Positions 11,884-25,712 of a stretch of DNA of 64,000 nucleotides are shown here, one piece after another. The stretch lies in assembly GCF_006345805.1 (NCBI RefSeq), contig NC_043000.1, positions 9,548,001 to 9,612,000 on the forward strand, written 5' to 3'. Below the pieces are notes generated by a model. That model saw only the letters and a program-made list of their open reading frames with translations. It had not been told where the DNA came from and did no database searches. Position 1 is the first letter of the stretch; each line of letters opens with the position of its first letter. Made by a program: the position numbers and the translations under genes. This DNA is from Octopus sinensis (lineage: Eukaryota).

Positions 11884-13046
11884 GTTAGTATCTTTAATTA
11901 TTTAAAACGTTAATGTTTCTTACAATGTCCAATCAATGGGGGATACAGCAGGATGTTCCATACAACTTATTTTCTACTTTTAGTTGTAAATACTTCCCAT
12001 TCTTTAACTGTTATCATAAATGTCCTGCGTCTGTAGGTTCCATTTAACATTTGTATCACTTCCCATTCAATTTTTCTGAAACAGGTGAGTGGTTGCATTG
12101 GCATATACCTTTGCTTGGTAGACAAATCATTACTTATTAAGATATCATTACTTGAAAAATAATTACCATAACATTATTTGGCAGGTGTTTTTGTGTTGTA
12201 AATCAAATATGAAAACCAGTTTTGATTTCCAAATGGAACCTCTAATGCTTATATTGCCAGTGCAACTAGGAAAGGTATGAAAGTGATGAATGCTCACAGT
12301 TCCTAATAATTCTTCTATATTCACCTGTAAGGTAACACGTTGGTAGACTCATTAGAGCATCAGAAAAAATGATTTGCAGCATAATTTTAGCTCTTTGCAT
12401 TTGGAGTTCAAATCCAGCTTTTTCTAGTAACCATCATGTACTAGGATTGAAGGTATTGATTAATTCCCTTCCCTCGAAATTGTTGGTCTTGTGCCTAAAT
12501 CAGAAACGTTTACTAAAAAATGGATGGCGAAAATGTTCACATTAGCACTTCAAGTCACTAATTATACACTTGGATCTTGAAAACCAGTTGGTCTCTTCTC
12601 CTTGAAAGATAAGGCTGGTGATTCAGCAAGAACTATATGTCTTAACCCTTATGGTCATGGTCATAATCAGCCCAAATGTTTTACCTGCTTTATGTTCAGA
12701 CTGGCCAGATCTTGCCTCTCACACCTACTCTACAATATCATTCTAAAGATAAACAATCACATCATTGAAATCTCAAAGCTCTGAGATAATGCATGATTAA
12801 TTCAAAACAGTGTGAATAAATAAGTATTACATTTGACAGAATATTCTGAATGCTAACGGGTTAAATATAGATGGTGCCGTGGCAGGATCTGAATGAAAAA
12901 TCTTTTAACATTAGGCAGACAACTTATTAAGTAAGGCGGCTTCAATATTTTGCACCAGGCTAAATTTGGTAAAGCGCATAGTCTAATTCTTTACTTCCAG
13001 AAGCATATATTCTGTTTCACTGAACACTTAACATGATAGTGTGATT

Positions 13047-13337
13047 TCTTGTTCTTTCTCGAACCACGCCTGGCTCATAAGGGCCGGTTTCCTTGGCGTA
13101 TAGGTTCCCCACCTGGACGGGATGCCGGTCCGTCGCAGGTGAGCTGCAAGATACAGGAGGAAAGAGTGAGAAAAAGTTGTGGCAAAAGAGTCAGCAGAAG
13201 TTCGCCATTACTTTCTGCCGGAGCCATGTGGAGCTTTGGTGTTTCACTCATAAACACACACATCGCCCGGTCTGAGATTCAAACCCGCGATCCCTCAACC
13301 GCAAGTCCGCTGCTCTAACCACTAGGCCATGTGCCAC
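13047..13337 (-). mobile_element. tRNA-derived SINE (family S2)
   Basis: tRNA-like head ggcacatggcctagtggttagagcagcggacttgcgg..ttgaatctcagaccggg. Related copies near 14500, 32269, 51561 and 56868. Confidence 0.8.
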
Positions 13338-14645
13338 CACGGTGTGACTTATTTGATATAACAGATAAATCTCTTTCAGATAAAGCCCTTAATGTTTTAA
13401 ACAAGGAAAGGGAAACATATTTCGAATAGTGTTGTCCTAAATGCCGCTGGAAAGAAGACCTGGGCATGGTTAGCTGACTGAAACATCTTTGATTGTTGTT
13501 TTGATCAATCAGAGATTATGTAGAGCAAAACATCTGTAACAGGATGGAAGTTCTAGAACACTTGAGGGGTGCAGTCTCATCCCATTACATTAAATTATTT
13601 GTCGAAAGAAAACCAAGACTTCGAATATCTTCAACAACATAAATAATATTTATTTTTCTGGATTCACAATAATATATATACATATATTTCCTTCAGGGTG
13701 AACCGGTAGCCATGGGCAATGGAGCTAGTCATAGTAGTTAAATTGTGTGAGCCAAATGCTGTCTCATTCCAGCATAGAGTAGCTTCGCCATGTGTTGGCT
13801 TGCTTGGGAGAGCTGTGAGGACACGTCCGTTCATTTCGGCTGCAGCTTCAAAAGAGATTGATATAGTGGGAAACCTTACTGTTTGTAGTTCTCTGCGCAT
13901 GCGCATGAGGGAACTTCTGGTGGCCTCCGGAAAAAATCCATCTCTGCTCATGCGTGCTGAAAACTTCCAAAATGGCATCACTACACATCTACAACAATAA
14001 CTATGCCCTTCTAGACATACATTGATGAATCAATGAGAGGTCCTTTACATGTTTTTTTTATTTGAAATAGCATCCAAGTCACCCTCAAATCAAACTCTCT
14101 TGTCTTAATCTGAAAGAGACATTAAATAATGACATCCTAGTAAGTACTGTCTTAATTCCTATGACTCATAGAACTGGTTATCCAGTTTCACTGACATATA
14201 AGTAACTGAGATCACAGCATCTCTGCAGAACAGGGTGCCAGTTTGCCATAAGGTTACCTACTTATGGCCAGGTGGATTAGAGCAATGTGAAACGAAGTGT
14301 TTTGCTAAAGAGTACAACACACTGCCCAGTCTGGGAAGTGAAACCACAATCATGCAATCATCAGTCAATACCTCAAAACACTAGGCCATGTGCCTTCACA
14401 TGACATCAAAGATACCCTGCAAAGTGGCATGGTCATGGCTGGAATGCATTTGAGCATAGTTTTGCTCAATCACAGCTGATCTGAGGCTAAATAATAGGAC
14501 ATGGCCTAGTGGTTAGAGCAGTGGGTTCGAATCTCAGACCGGGCAATGTGTGTGTTGATGAGCGGCTCCGGCAGAAGGTAATGGCATTTAGTACTAAATA
14601 TACTAAGCTTTTCCATTTCCCAATCTTTCTCTTTCCTGTTCTGTA

Positions 14646-15223
14646 CAGGGTGGCCCAAAAGTAGGTTTTACAGTTATCAAATAGGCACTTTAAATTTCTT
14701 TTAAAACATCTTATTACATTTAAGTTTCTATCTTACAAATTGAAGAGAGAGCTTGACAAAATAAAATAAGTTAACATAAAATAATGGTTTCATATTTTTT
14801 TATAATTAAGATCTGAGACCCACTTCGGTCACGACACAGACCATGGGATTGCACCTAGAAAGTTCTCCTCTGAGACACAAGTCTGAGCAAGGTTGTTTAT
14901 GGAAGACTAGCAGTCGCCCATGCATACCGGCCTCCCCTCTCCATGCCACCAGTGTTATCCAAGGGAAAGGCAAAGGCCGATACAGCTTGGCATCTGTGAC
15001 ATCACAACTCATTTCTACAGCTGAGTGAACTGGAGCAATTTGAAATAAAGTGTCTTTGCTCAAAAACACAACACGCAGCTTAATCCAGGATTCAAGCTCA
15101 CAACCTCACAATCTTAAGCTTGAAGCTCTAACCACTGATCCATGCACCTTTACAATTAAGATCTATACTGTTAATATATGAATGCGAAAGATATAACTGT
15201 AAATCTACTTTTGGGCCACCCTG
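14646..15223. mobile_element. Tc1/mariner-type MITE with a nested SINE (14815-15153)
   Basis: TA|CAGGGTGGCCCAAAAGTAG...CTACTTTTGGGCCACCCTG|TA. The nested minus-strand SINE is flanked by an 11-bp TSD AATTAAGATCT (14804-14814 and 15154-15164). Confidence 0.9.
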
Positions 15224-15317
15224 TATATTGATATCTATCTGTTTCTCTCCTCTGACAGACCCCTAATTTCATCCTTTTTCATGTTTATTATTTGCTTTTG
15301 TTTTCTTCTCTTCACAG

Positions 15318-15438
15318 CCAACTCCAATCTGTTGTGCCAGGCTAAAAACGCTAACCTCAACCAAGCATATATGCTCTGGAACCAAACTCAAGTTGCTAAA
15401 TGGCTAGAAACCTGTGGCCTAAAACATATCAAAGAAAG
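15318..15438 (+). CDS. TIR-SAM gene exon (start of SAM-like domain)
   Basis: Pyrimidine-rich acceptor ending ttcacag (15317) and donor GTTGGC (15439). 121 nt, phase 1-2. (A)NSNLLCQAKNANLNQAYMLWNQTQVAKWLETCGLKHIKE, matching the SAM helix-1 pattern W-x3/4-V-x2-WL-x3-GL. Confidence 0.88.
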
Positions 15439-15904
15439 GTTGGCATACATCTAATTTTTTATACTAACATCAAGTCCAATGGTTGCATCTGTGGTTAAAA
15501 CTCTTTCTTTATGCAAGTGTCTGTATGTGTGTGTATACATTTATGAATTTGTTTTGCAAGGTTCCTGGTGTGAAATTGTGTATTGAAACAGATATTGTTA
15601 TATTTCAGGATGGTCTTTTATTTTCTTGCCAAATAAGCACACACGTTATATATTCATTTTTCACTTGTTTATTATTACTTTTCTTATTTTATGTCCATTG
15701 TCTGGAAATCTTTTGTCACACACCTATGACCTCTTCAGCAACTTTCCATCCAATGTGTCTCCTCCTATTCTGTTTAGTCCATTCCATCTTTCTATGATGT
15801 GTATCCTTATCTACATATGTGTGTGCATCTGTGTGTGTGTATGCATGTGTGTGCATCTGTGTGTTTGTGTGTGTGTGCATGTGTGTGTCTGTGTCTGTAT
15901 GTGT

Positions 15905-16250
15905 CATTGAATTATCATGGTCTGTTGACTAAACTGGCACTCTATTGGTGACAACTATGAGTGTTCCAGTAGATCTGATCAACAGAACAGTCTGCTTATA
16001 AAATAAACGTGTGAGTTGCTGAGCACTCCACAGACACACGTAACTTTAATATAGTTTTCAGGGAGATTCAGTGTGACAGAATGTGACAATGCTGGCCCTT
16101 CGAAATACAGGCACTGCTCAACTTTTGCCAGCTGAGCAGACTGGAGCAACATGAAATAAAATATCTTGCTAAAGGACACAACCCGCCACCAGGAATTGAA
16201 CTCAAGGTCTTGCAATCATGAGCTGAATACCCTAACCAATAAGCCACATG
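15905..16250 (-). mobile_element. SINE family S4
   Basis: Clearly homologous to about 25300-25620 (gttccag..gatc..aac.gaacag..., gtcagtgtgacacagaa, tRNA-like head on the minus strand). Confidence 0.6.
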
Positions 16251-16789
16251 CCTTGACTAAACAAGCAATACAAATGTGGCATCAGGTCGAAACCCATGAA
16301 ACAGAAACAACAAATAAGGAAGTCTTGAGCAATTCAAAGCTTAACATGTAGTTAACTCTGGTAGTTTAACATCATAGCAGCAGCATCATCATCATCATCA
16401 TCATCATTTATCATCTGGTTTTCATGCTGGTATGAGTTGCAGTTTGACAGAGAACTGGTGAACTTCTGGGCTCCATCAAGCTTGATACCTTTCCTAATTC
16501 CAACCACTTTACAGAGTGTGTTGGGTGCTGCTTTTTTCTTTTTGTGCTGCCAGCTCTTGTGAGATTGCCATATAACTTGCAAGTTTTATGCCTATTTTAC
16601 CATACTGGCATGGCTTGGACATGTCTCAACAGTTGGTACTGTCCACATTATCTTGCATGCACAAAACAGTATTGTTCGTGTAGACATATCAACATATCTC
16701 AGCAGGCAGATAAAGCATAATCCCTAACTAATCATTGAATACAAATGTACAATCTCATATATATAATGCAGTGAGATTAAAGATTTTAA

Positions 16790-16925
16790 GGGAATCCAGC
16801 TGTAGAAACTCTGCCAGATCAGATTGGGGTCTGGTGCAGCTATCTGGTTTGCCAGACCTCAGTCAAATCGTCCAACCCATGCTGGCATGGAAAGCAGATG
16901 TTAAACGATGATGATGATGATGATG
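16790..16925 (+). mobile_element. RTE LINE 3' end fragment (a decayed minus-strand one lies at about 16384-16530)
   Basis: catccagctgtagaaac...ccaacccatgctggcatggaaagcagatgttaaacgatgatgatg. Confidence 0.8.
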
Positions 16926-17553
16926 ATTTTCCATGAAATTACGCAAAAACTTACTCTTGGAGCATCTGGCCTTGGCAAAAAAATTGCCCAGTTCACCAAG
17001 TTACAGGAATGTCTCTGGTGTAAGAAGAAAAGGGAAAAAGCTCCCTCCACTAAGAGGAAATATTTGGAAGGGGAAAGTATAGATGTGTGGCTTTATGCCC
17101 AGTGTTAAATGGGAACTTTCAGTCTACAAGCCATTTAAATGTTTTATGAGAGAAAAGTGAAACAAGTAAATGATTGCTGGGAACAAAGTTAATTTAACAG
17201 GCTGACAGAAGCATCCTAACATTGCACAGGTACACTTATGGGGGAAGGCATAATTGGCAGCTACAAGAGTAGAAACATCTATCACATGACTAATGTCAAA
17301 TTAGTCATGTGATAGATGGTGCCACAAATGAGTTTCCCTATGAAGATGGTAATGACCTAGACAGAGCTAGCAGCAGTGATGAATAGTACTGTGCTGCTTT
17401 TGCTAATCGTTTTAGGTGCATCTGTTGCCATGAGCAGACCTAAATACCCTCTTGGTCCTCTCATTACAGACCCAATAGCACATCAAGGATGTGACAGCTG
17501 GTGGGAGAGAGAGAGCTACATTAGTACTCAGTTGGTACTCATTTTTAGTTGAG

Positions 17554-17958
17554 TAGGCGCAGGAGTGGCTGTGTGGTAAGTAGCTTGCTTACCAACCACA
17601 TGGTTCCAGGTTCAGTCCCACTGCGTTGCACCTTGGGCAAGTGTCTTCTACTATAACCTCAGGCTGACCAAAGCCTTGTGAGTGGATTTGGAAGATGGAA
17701 ACTGAAAGAAGCCCGTCGTATATATATGTATGTGTTTGTGTGTCTGTTTTTGTCCTCTCCCCCCCCCTAACATCGCTTGACAACCGATGCTGGTGTGTTT
17801 ACATCCCCGTAACTTAGCAGTTTGGTAAAAGCGACCAATAGAATAAGTACTCAGGCTTCCAAAGAATAAGTCCTGGGGTTGATTTGCTCGATTAAAGGTG
17901 GTGCTCCAGCATGGCCACAGTCAAATGACTGAAACAAGTAAAAAAAAAGAGTAAAAGA
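17554..17958 (+). mobile_element. full-length SINE S1
   Basis: Head, core, internal microsatellite and aaagagtaaaagag tail all present. Confidence 0.88.
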
Positions 17959-18914
17959 GACAGGAACAACATGAACTAAAGTGCATTGATTAAGGACACA
18001 TGGCCTCATCTAGGAATCGAACCCTTGACCTTGTGATCCTGAGCACAGTAACCTAAACACTAGACCATGCATTTTCACAGTGGACATATACAGGTCTTTA
18101 ATATCTATTGACAACATAAGGCTGTGAGCTGGTAGAATCATTAGCACACCAAGTAAAAGGCTTAACAGTATTTCGTCCATCTTTACATTCTGAGTTCAAA
18201 TTCAGCTAAAGTCAAGTTTGACTTTTATCCTTTCAGTGTCAATAAAATAAGTACCATTTCGACACTGGGGTCAATGTAATTGACTTACTACTTTCTTGAA
18301 ATTACTGGTCTTGTACCAAAATTTTAAACCAAATTCTACCAATCTGGCAGAATTGTTAGCATACCAGACAAAATGCCTAGCAGCACTTCACTCATCTTTA
18401 CATTCCAAGTTCAAGTTCTGCTAAGGTTGACCTTGCCTTTCATTGGTTTTGAGGATCAATAAAATACATATCAGTTCAGCATGGGGGGGGCAATGCAATC
18501 TACTAGCCCCTGACCCTACAAATTTCAGGCCTTGTGTCAAAATTGGAAAGAAATATTTATCCCTTTAATATTCAGATATATTTGTTCAATTTTTTGTTTA
18601 TTTATTCACGTTGTTTTGAATTTATCAAGCATTCTCCTGTAGCTTCTATAATGTGATGATGTGGTTGTATATTTTTAGAATGACATTGTAGGGTAGGTAT
18701 GAGAAGCTGGATCTAGTCAGTTCAAACATAAAACAGGTAGAATGTTTTGACTGGATATGACCGGTTTACTTGCTAAAAGGTTATTGACTGTAGCAGTAGG
18801 GGGAATAACTGAGTTTAAAAGTATACCTTGACAAATTCTTCTGAATAAACTAATTAATTTAAATCCAATTACCATGCTATAATTGTTATAATTTTATTCT
18901 TGTTTTGCTTCCAG

Positions 18915-19074
18915 CTTCTCAGCAATTGATGGAGAACTTCTAGAAGAGCTTTACAATGTACAACAGAGAGCACCTGAATTCTTCTATAAAATTCTACAGA
19001 CAGATTTCAAAATGAACCTGCCAGACATACTGAAGTTTTCTAAAGAACTGTCTCATTTAGAATCAAAACGATAA
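18915..19074 (+). CDS. TIR-SAM gene terminal coding exon (rest of SAM-like domain)
   Basis: Acceptor ttttgcttccag (18914). (S)FSAIDGELLEELYNVQQRAPEFFYKILQTDFKMNLPDILKFSKELSHLESKR followed by TAA TAG; IDG-x2-L is a SAM motif. The five exons total 722 nt with an uninterrupted frame. Confidence 0.9.
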
Positions 19075-19180
19075 TAGTGTTTTCAGCTTTTATTTTCTAA
19101 TTTAATTTAATTTGATTTAATTTAATTTAATTTCTTTTTAATGGTTTTTAACTTAAAACTTCTCAAGCATAATATAAAAA

Positions 19181-19186
19181 AATAAA
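19181..19186 (+). promoter_or_regulatory. candidate polyadenylation signal of the TIR-SAM gene
   Basis: AATAAA about 107 nt after the stop codon, in AT-rich sequence where chance hits are common. Confidence 0.4.
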
Positions 19187-20529
19187 TAGAAAACATCTAT
19201 GTATATGTTCATGTTTGTAAATATTCATCTGTATGTATCTCTCTCACTCTCTCTGTATTTATGTGTGTATGTGTGTATGAATATATGTATGTGTGTAAGT
19301 ATGTATGTATATGTGTGTATGTATGTATGCTTGTGTGAGTGTGTGTGTATAAGATGTTTAATCCATAATCATTAATTTTTCAAAATATATTCTGCTTCAC
19401 TTATGGCTCACCAGGAACTGGTGTGCCATGGGCAGAACAGAATATATTTTGTCAGATTAATGGTTATTAATTAAATATATTATTCACTCCCAGATTTATC
19501 TGTGGCTGGACATAGTTTCTTTTTGAACTTGTCAGCCACTGAAATATATATATATATATGATGTGTGTGTGTGTGCATATATATACACACACATGTATAT
19601 ATATATATATATATGTATTATATATAAGTTAAAAAATATAATAAATACACAGACAAATGAAAAACAGACACAGAAGGTTGCCAAATTCTCACCTGTTATC
19701 AACCAGAGGATCAAATGCAATTTCGCACCTTCAGCAATAATATTGGTCCCCTCAGGTGGCGCTGACAACAAGAAGCCATTGGGAAATAGCAAACCAATGA
19801 ATAAGGGACCAAACATGAAAGAAAGTTAACAAACGAACAAAAAATAAATACAGAAAGTGAAAGTACAAATATGAAATAAATGTGATTGAAGATGTGACCA
19901 TTAGTGGACAGATGGGTGACAAAGACTAGAACAAAACAGACGAAATTTGGACATATGAACAAACTGAAATAAATAAACAGAATATGGCCTTAGGACGAGA
20001 CAGGAGATGAAAATATGGTTAAGACCCGGAGGAATATCCTGAAGGATTAGAAGCAGTAGGACAAGAGAGAGACAAGGAAACATGTTGAAAGTGGGAGACA
20101 AGAGAAAATATGAGCAGTCATTTCGGTCATCAGCGTGAAAAGGAAGTGAAAATAAAAGATGATGAAGACCACAGGTCATGTGTCAGTAGTAGGAAGAAGA
20201 AAAGGGGTATAGGGCAGAGAGAGACACAGAGAGGGACGGCAAAAGATAGGAACAGATAACAGCATGGAAGTGTAGAGAGGGAAGGGTAGAAAAAGAAAGA
20301 GAGGAAGAGAAAGAGAGAGAGAAGGGGTGAAAGGGAGAGAAAGAACAGAAATAGATGTATGAATGTATAAAAGCACTTACTGTAAACAAAATAAAGGTAT
20401 ATGGCATTCCATTAAATTATAAATTAAAAGACATAATAAAGGCACAAACAAATAGAAAACAGACAGAGAAGGTCACAAAATGCTCATCAGTTATCGACAT
20501 ATATATATATATATACACACATATATATG

Positions 20530-20571
<42 letters not shown>

Positions 20572-20728
20572 TAAATATATATGTGTGTGTATGTATGTAT
20601 GCTTATATAAATTTATGTGTAAATATATGTATTTGTATGTGTGTCCATGTATATATGTATATTATAGTACTGAGATCACACTCTGTTGCTACTCAGTTTT
20701 TACAGTGTACACTGCTGATTGTGTTACA

Positions 20729-20775
<47 letters not shown>

Positions 20776-20919
20776 CATATATATGACAGACCAAATTATC
20801 CAATCAGTGGTGGCAGTATGAAACTTTGAGTGGCCTCAGCACTATAATAAATAAATATTTTCACTCTATTTTTGTATTGAGTATTTTTTCCCTCCTTAAA
20901 TTCAAACGTGCATACATAA

Positions 20920-20969
<50 letters not shown>

Positions 20970-20989
20970 GTATATATATATATATATAT

Positions 20990-21150
20990 AGTTAATCCAA
21001 ATGTGAAAACACAAAGAGAAAACACAACAACGCGAGGACATGGAACAAGTATAGTGTTATTGGACGCTCAGGAAAGAAAGAAGGAAGATATAACATTTCG
21101 AGTGGAGCTCTTCGTCAGAAACATAGAAAAAGGAAAGGTCCAAGAAAGGG
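20990..21150 (-). mobile_element. Penelope-like remnant with hammerhead core (21088-21124)
   Basis: Minus strand reads gttt CTGACGA A GAG ctcca CTC GAAA TGT T atat; stem I is degenerate. A sister fragment without the core lies at about 45915-46010. Confidence 0.55.
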
Positions 21151-21206
21151 AAGACAGAGGAAGAAAATTGCCAACGATACACATGCAGTCACATACACAC
21201 ACACAG

Positions 21207-21245
<39 letters not shown>

Positions 21246-21253
21246 CATATATA

Positions 21254-22124
21254 GAAGGTGCGGTGAATAAATTGCCATCTAAATTACACAAAAATGAAAA
21301 TAGCACTGACATCTCATTTTAACAGATGTATTTACCAAAATTGCATAAAAATATCTTGAAATACTAAAGAGTTAATTTATTCAATAAAATTACCATTAGC
21401 TTCAACCACAGCCTCCAGATGACCTCAAAGTCTCCTGCAACTCTTCTGGACAGTCTCCTTGTTTAAGTTGGTGAATGCTGCCATAATCCTTGCCTTCAGT
21501 TTATCTTTGGTGTTATAAGAGCTTTTGGTCTCTCACTCAACTGTGCCCCACACGTAATAATCGAAGGGGTTGCAGTCTGGGGAGTTAGGTGGCCAGATGT
21601 TAGGGATGATGTGGTCACAGAAATTGTCTGACAGCCATGACTGGATTCTCTTGCTTGAGTGGCATGGTGCAGAGTCCTGTTGCTAGACATAGGGTCTTCC
21701 AGCAGCCATCCTCTTGGTCCAGGGCAGCACTACCTCCTCCATGCACTTGTTGTAAGTCTCCATGTTGAGTCTGTGGTCATGTGGGAAGATGAATGGAGGC
21801 ATAATGTTTGCCATCACTTGTGATCACTCCAAACCCCACAATGTTGACTGGATGTTTGATTTTTACCACTCTCAGTACGTGTCATCAAATTGATACCCAA
21901 ACACTCTGAAATATTCGTATTGGAGCTTCTGGCACGAATGACAAGTAGTACAGCATGTTACTTCCAAATTTCTGACAGAGTGAATTACATCATAATGCTG
22001 TTTTTCTCACAGATAGTGCCCAAATAACCCTACTACACTCTGTAGTCAACAAAATCAGAAACAAACAATGTGCATGCACGAAATAAACAATATAAAATGG
22101 CAACAATTAACCCATCGCACCCTG
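21254..22124 (-). mobile_element. internally deleted maT (DD37D) Tc1/mariner element
   Basis: Degenerate TA|CAGGGTGCG TIRs. Minus strand QQD-SAPCHSSKRIQSWLSDNFCDHIIPNIWPPNSPDCNPF-DYYVWG has 37 residues between the catalytic aspartates. Confidence 0.85.
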
Positions 22125-22138
22125 TATATGTGTGTGGG

Positions 22139-22206
<68 letters not shown>

Positions 22207-25200
22207 CATATACATATGCAAACACTCACACACACATATGTATGTATGCATATATACACACATCCATAGACACCCACACGCATACACACATTTCATTCTC
22301 TCTCTTGTTGTTTATATCTCTTTTGTATTCATATTTATACTGTCACTCTCATCGTCAAGCATATGTTAAGAAATTATACCAGAATGTGTTTGAATATATT
22401 CTTGGCTGTATTGTCAGGATTCTTATATCATTTTCAGCTACTCATTTACTGTTAGACAAACATGGACTATAATTATTCTTAATTGTTAGTACTTCCTTTT
22501 GCATATATATATAGTAGAATAATAAAGAGAAAATTCTTGGTACAGTATTATATTTATTTGAAAGAATGAGTAGAGATGGCTTTTTTTAAGGGGATAATTT
22601 TTATTTTAATCTTAATAATATTTTATCCCCTTAAAAAAGCCATCTCTACTCTTTCTTTCAAGTATATATATATATATATATATATGCATGGCTGTGTGGT
22701 AAGAAGGTTGCTTCCTAATTTCATTGTTTCAGGTTCAGTCCTATTGCATGGCACCTTGGGCAAGTGTCTTCTATAATCTCAGGCTAACAAAGCTTTGTGA
22801 GTGGATTTACCTATTTATGTTTGTGTCTCTCTCTACCTGTGTCTATCCCCCCACCACCACTTGGCAACTGTTGTTGGTTTGTTTATATTCCTGTAACTTA
22901 ACACTTTGGCAAAAAAGTTCAATAGAATAACTACAAGGCTTAACATGAAAAAAAAAACAAGTTCTGAGGTTAATCCATTCAAGTAAAATTCTTCAAGGCA
23001 ATGCCTCGGTATGACCACAGTTTAATGACTGAAACAAATAAAAGATGTGTCTGTGTGTGTGTACGTATGTATGTATATAATTGTATTGTTTTATTGAACA
23101 GACTATCAGATGTTATTATACAATACTAGTCACAATGCACTTCTTAACGTTCTAGTAGCTTTTCGACTACTGATGCAAGTAAAAGATAAAAGACACATAC
23201 ATATATACATATATACACATATATATTTATACAGACTTGCATATGTGCATGAGTTTCTCTTTCTCTCTCTTGTTCTAAACCAGTTGTATCTAATGAGCTT
23301 TCTGCAATCAGGGAGGACAGTGGTCTTGGTTCTTAGTTTCATTTTTTCTTGCTCCATTTTTTGCACCAAACTTCTTTGTGTTTTTACTATGTTTTTTTTT
23401 CTTATTTTCTTACTGTCTAGCATCCTTGTTTTGAAAAATATATATAATGCATATACAGGACCTGAAAGATTTCTTTAAGATACATGTTTAAGTATTATAA
23501 TAATATGAAACTATTAGTAGCTCTTTCGGTTGTGTATTTAATTTCACACACACACACACACACACACACTTTATATATATGTATATAGACAAATATATAT
23601 AGATGTATGTATGTATGAATGGTGGTGGTGGCGATTGCCACCACTTTATCTTTAATAAGTAAATGTTGTCATGAGATTTCATATGACAAACAGACCCCAG
23701 AACTGATATCACAAACTTTATCAGGCAGTAAAAATGTCTTGGACTGAAATCAAGTCCTGTTTATAAAGTGTTCATTTCAAGATTGAGTGTTCAATTCTCC
23801 ACATTTCAAATGTATTACAACCATTGTAGATCAATTCTTTCCAAACTGATCAATTTCTTCTCATCTGCTCCAATATGAGCCTTTAGGTTGTAAGCTGTTT
23901 TTAGTGACATCTTGAGCATTTATGGCTACACTCAGGTGATCAGCATCTAAACAGGCAACCCCACCAAACTGAAGAAGCTTACTTCCCAACCACACGGTTC
24001 TAGGTTCAGTCCCACTGCATGATACCTTGGGCAAGTGTCTTCTACTATAGTCTTGAAGTAGCCAAAGCCTTGTGAGTGGACTTGGTAGATGGAAACTGAA
24101 AGAAGCCTGTCATATATATGTATATATATGTGTGTGTGTCTTTGTGTCTGTGTTTCTTCCCCCCATCACCGCTTGACAACTGGTGTTGGTGTATTTATGT
24201 CCCCATAACTTTATGGTTCAGCAAAAGAGACTGATAGAATAAGTACTAGGCTTAAAAAAAAAATGAGTCCCAGGATCGATTTGTTTCACTAAAACCCATC
24301 AAAGTGGTGCTCCAGCATGGCCACAGTCAAATACCTGAAACAAGTAAAACAATAAAAGAACATATATATCATATGCGAACACGCTCCCAGTGACAAGATG
24401 AATGTCAATATGTTCTTGCCGTGTTAGAATTATCTTTCCAGAGAAGGTACAACAGTACTAGGGACCAACTCTAAATGAATAAAGGAGATAATTTTAAGAA
24501 TCAAAATTTCTCAAAAAATTGGCCTGCTATTACAGAAAGGACAGCTATGGACATATGTTGAACTTTAATAAATGTCATCTGCTCAGCAATAGTTGTACCT
24601 AATCTTCAGCAGACAAGACACTTAGAAATATGCTAAGAAGAGTGGAACACATGGCCTAGGTTATTTGCATAAACAAAATAAAATGAGTTAAGGGAAATAA
24701 CTCAGAATGACCAGTGGCATGTATTTCAACAATGAAAATAGATAAGAATATACTAAATAAGATACAAGATAAATTCTTAGCTTACTGAAATTATTTCTGC
24801 TTTTTGAAGCAGAAGATGAATTGTCAGATGGCAGTCGATATCTAAATGAGAAGGGATGACTTAAGAGTCAAGAATTTTCCAAAATTGGTATGCTATCAAA
24901 GAAAAGATGGTCTAATTGACTATATCAATCAAAAGAGGAACAGCAATACCTGTATTCCTCACAGAACCCCCCCCCCCGGCCGTTCAAGAATTTGGACCTG
25001 GAGATCTCCATTTCCAGCGACTTCGAGGGCCACCTCCCAGTGGTGTCGGGCGTCAACGAAGAACCCTCGGCTACAACAAGATGACCAAAGTTCTTTTTTT
25101 TTTCCAAGGTCTGGGGTCTCCCACCCCTAAGCCCTAGACCATCACCTAATCACCCTTACCCATCTTGTTGCTTAACAACAACAATAACACCCCCCTCTCT

Positions 25201-25712
25201 CTCTCCCTCACACACACACATACACACAAATATGCATATACTGACAATGCCACCTGTTTGTTGTCTGTTAACAGAGAAATTTAAAATTTACAATCACAAC
25301 TAGCATTTCATCAGTTATGATGCTAAGAGTTCCAGTTGATCCAACCAATGGAACAGGCAGCTTGAGAAATTAATGGGCAAGTGGCTGAGCATTCCACAGA
25401 CACACATACCCTTAACATAGTTCTCAGGGAGTGTCAGTGTGACACAGAATCTGACACGTTGGCCCCTTTGAAATACAAGTACTAGTCATTTTTGCCCGCT
25501 GAAATTAAGTGTCATCTTCAAGTACACAACACATAGCCGGAAAAAAAAAACTAATGGCCAACCTTACGATCATGAGCTGAATACCTAACCACTAAGCCAT
25601 GCACCTTCACTTTACAGCTACATTTCATTGTGAACTCAAAATATCACTTCTTTGTGTTGATGGTTGCCAATATATTACAGAATTAGTGTTGATAGCTTTT
25701 ATTTGCAATTCA

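Noticed and set aside
13664-14000. Overlapping 93-aa and 105-aa ORFs as a nested gene or in-frame alternative exon
   Set aside because: No recognisable domain, and the nearby acceptor gives an immediate stop in the TIR-SAM frame.
19715-19780. Hammerhead-like words on the minus strand (CTGAAGG TGC GAAA); similar ones at 47055-47085 and 47190-47250
   Set aside because: The cores are degenerate and the flanking stems do not pair.
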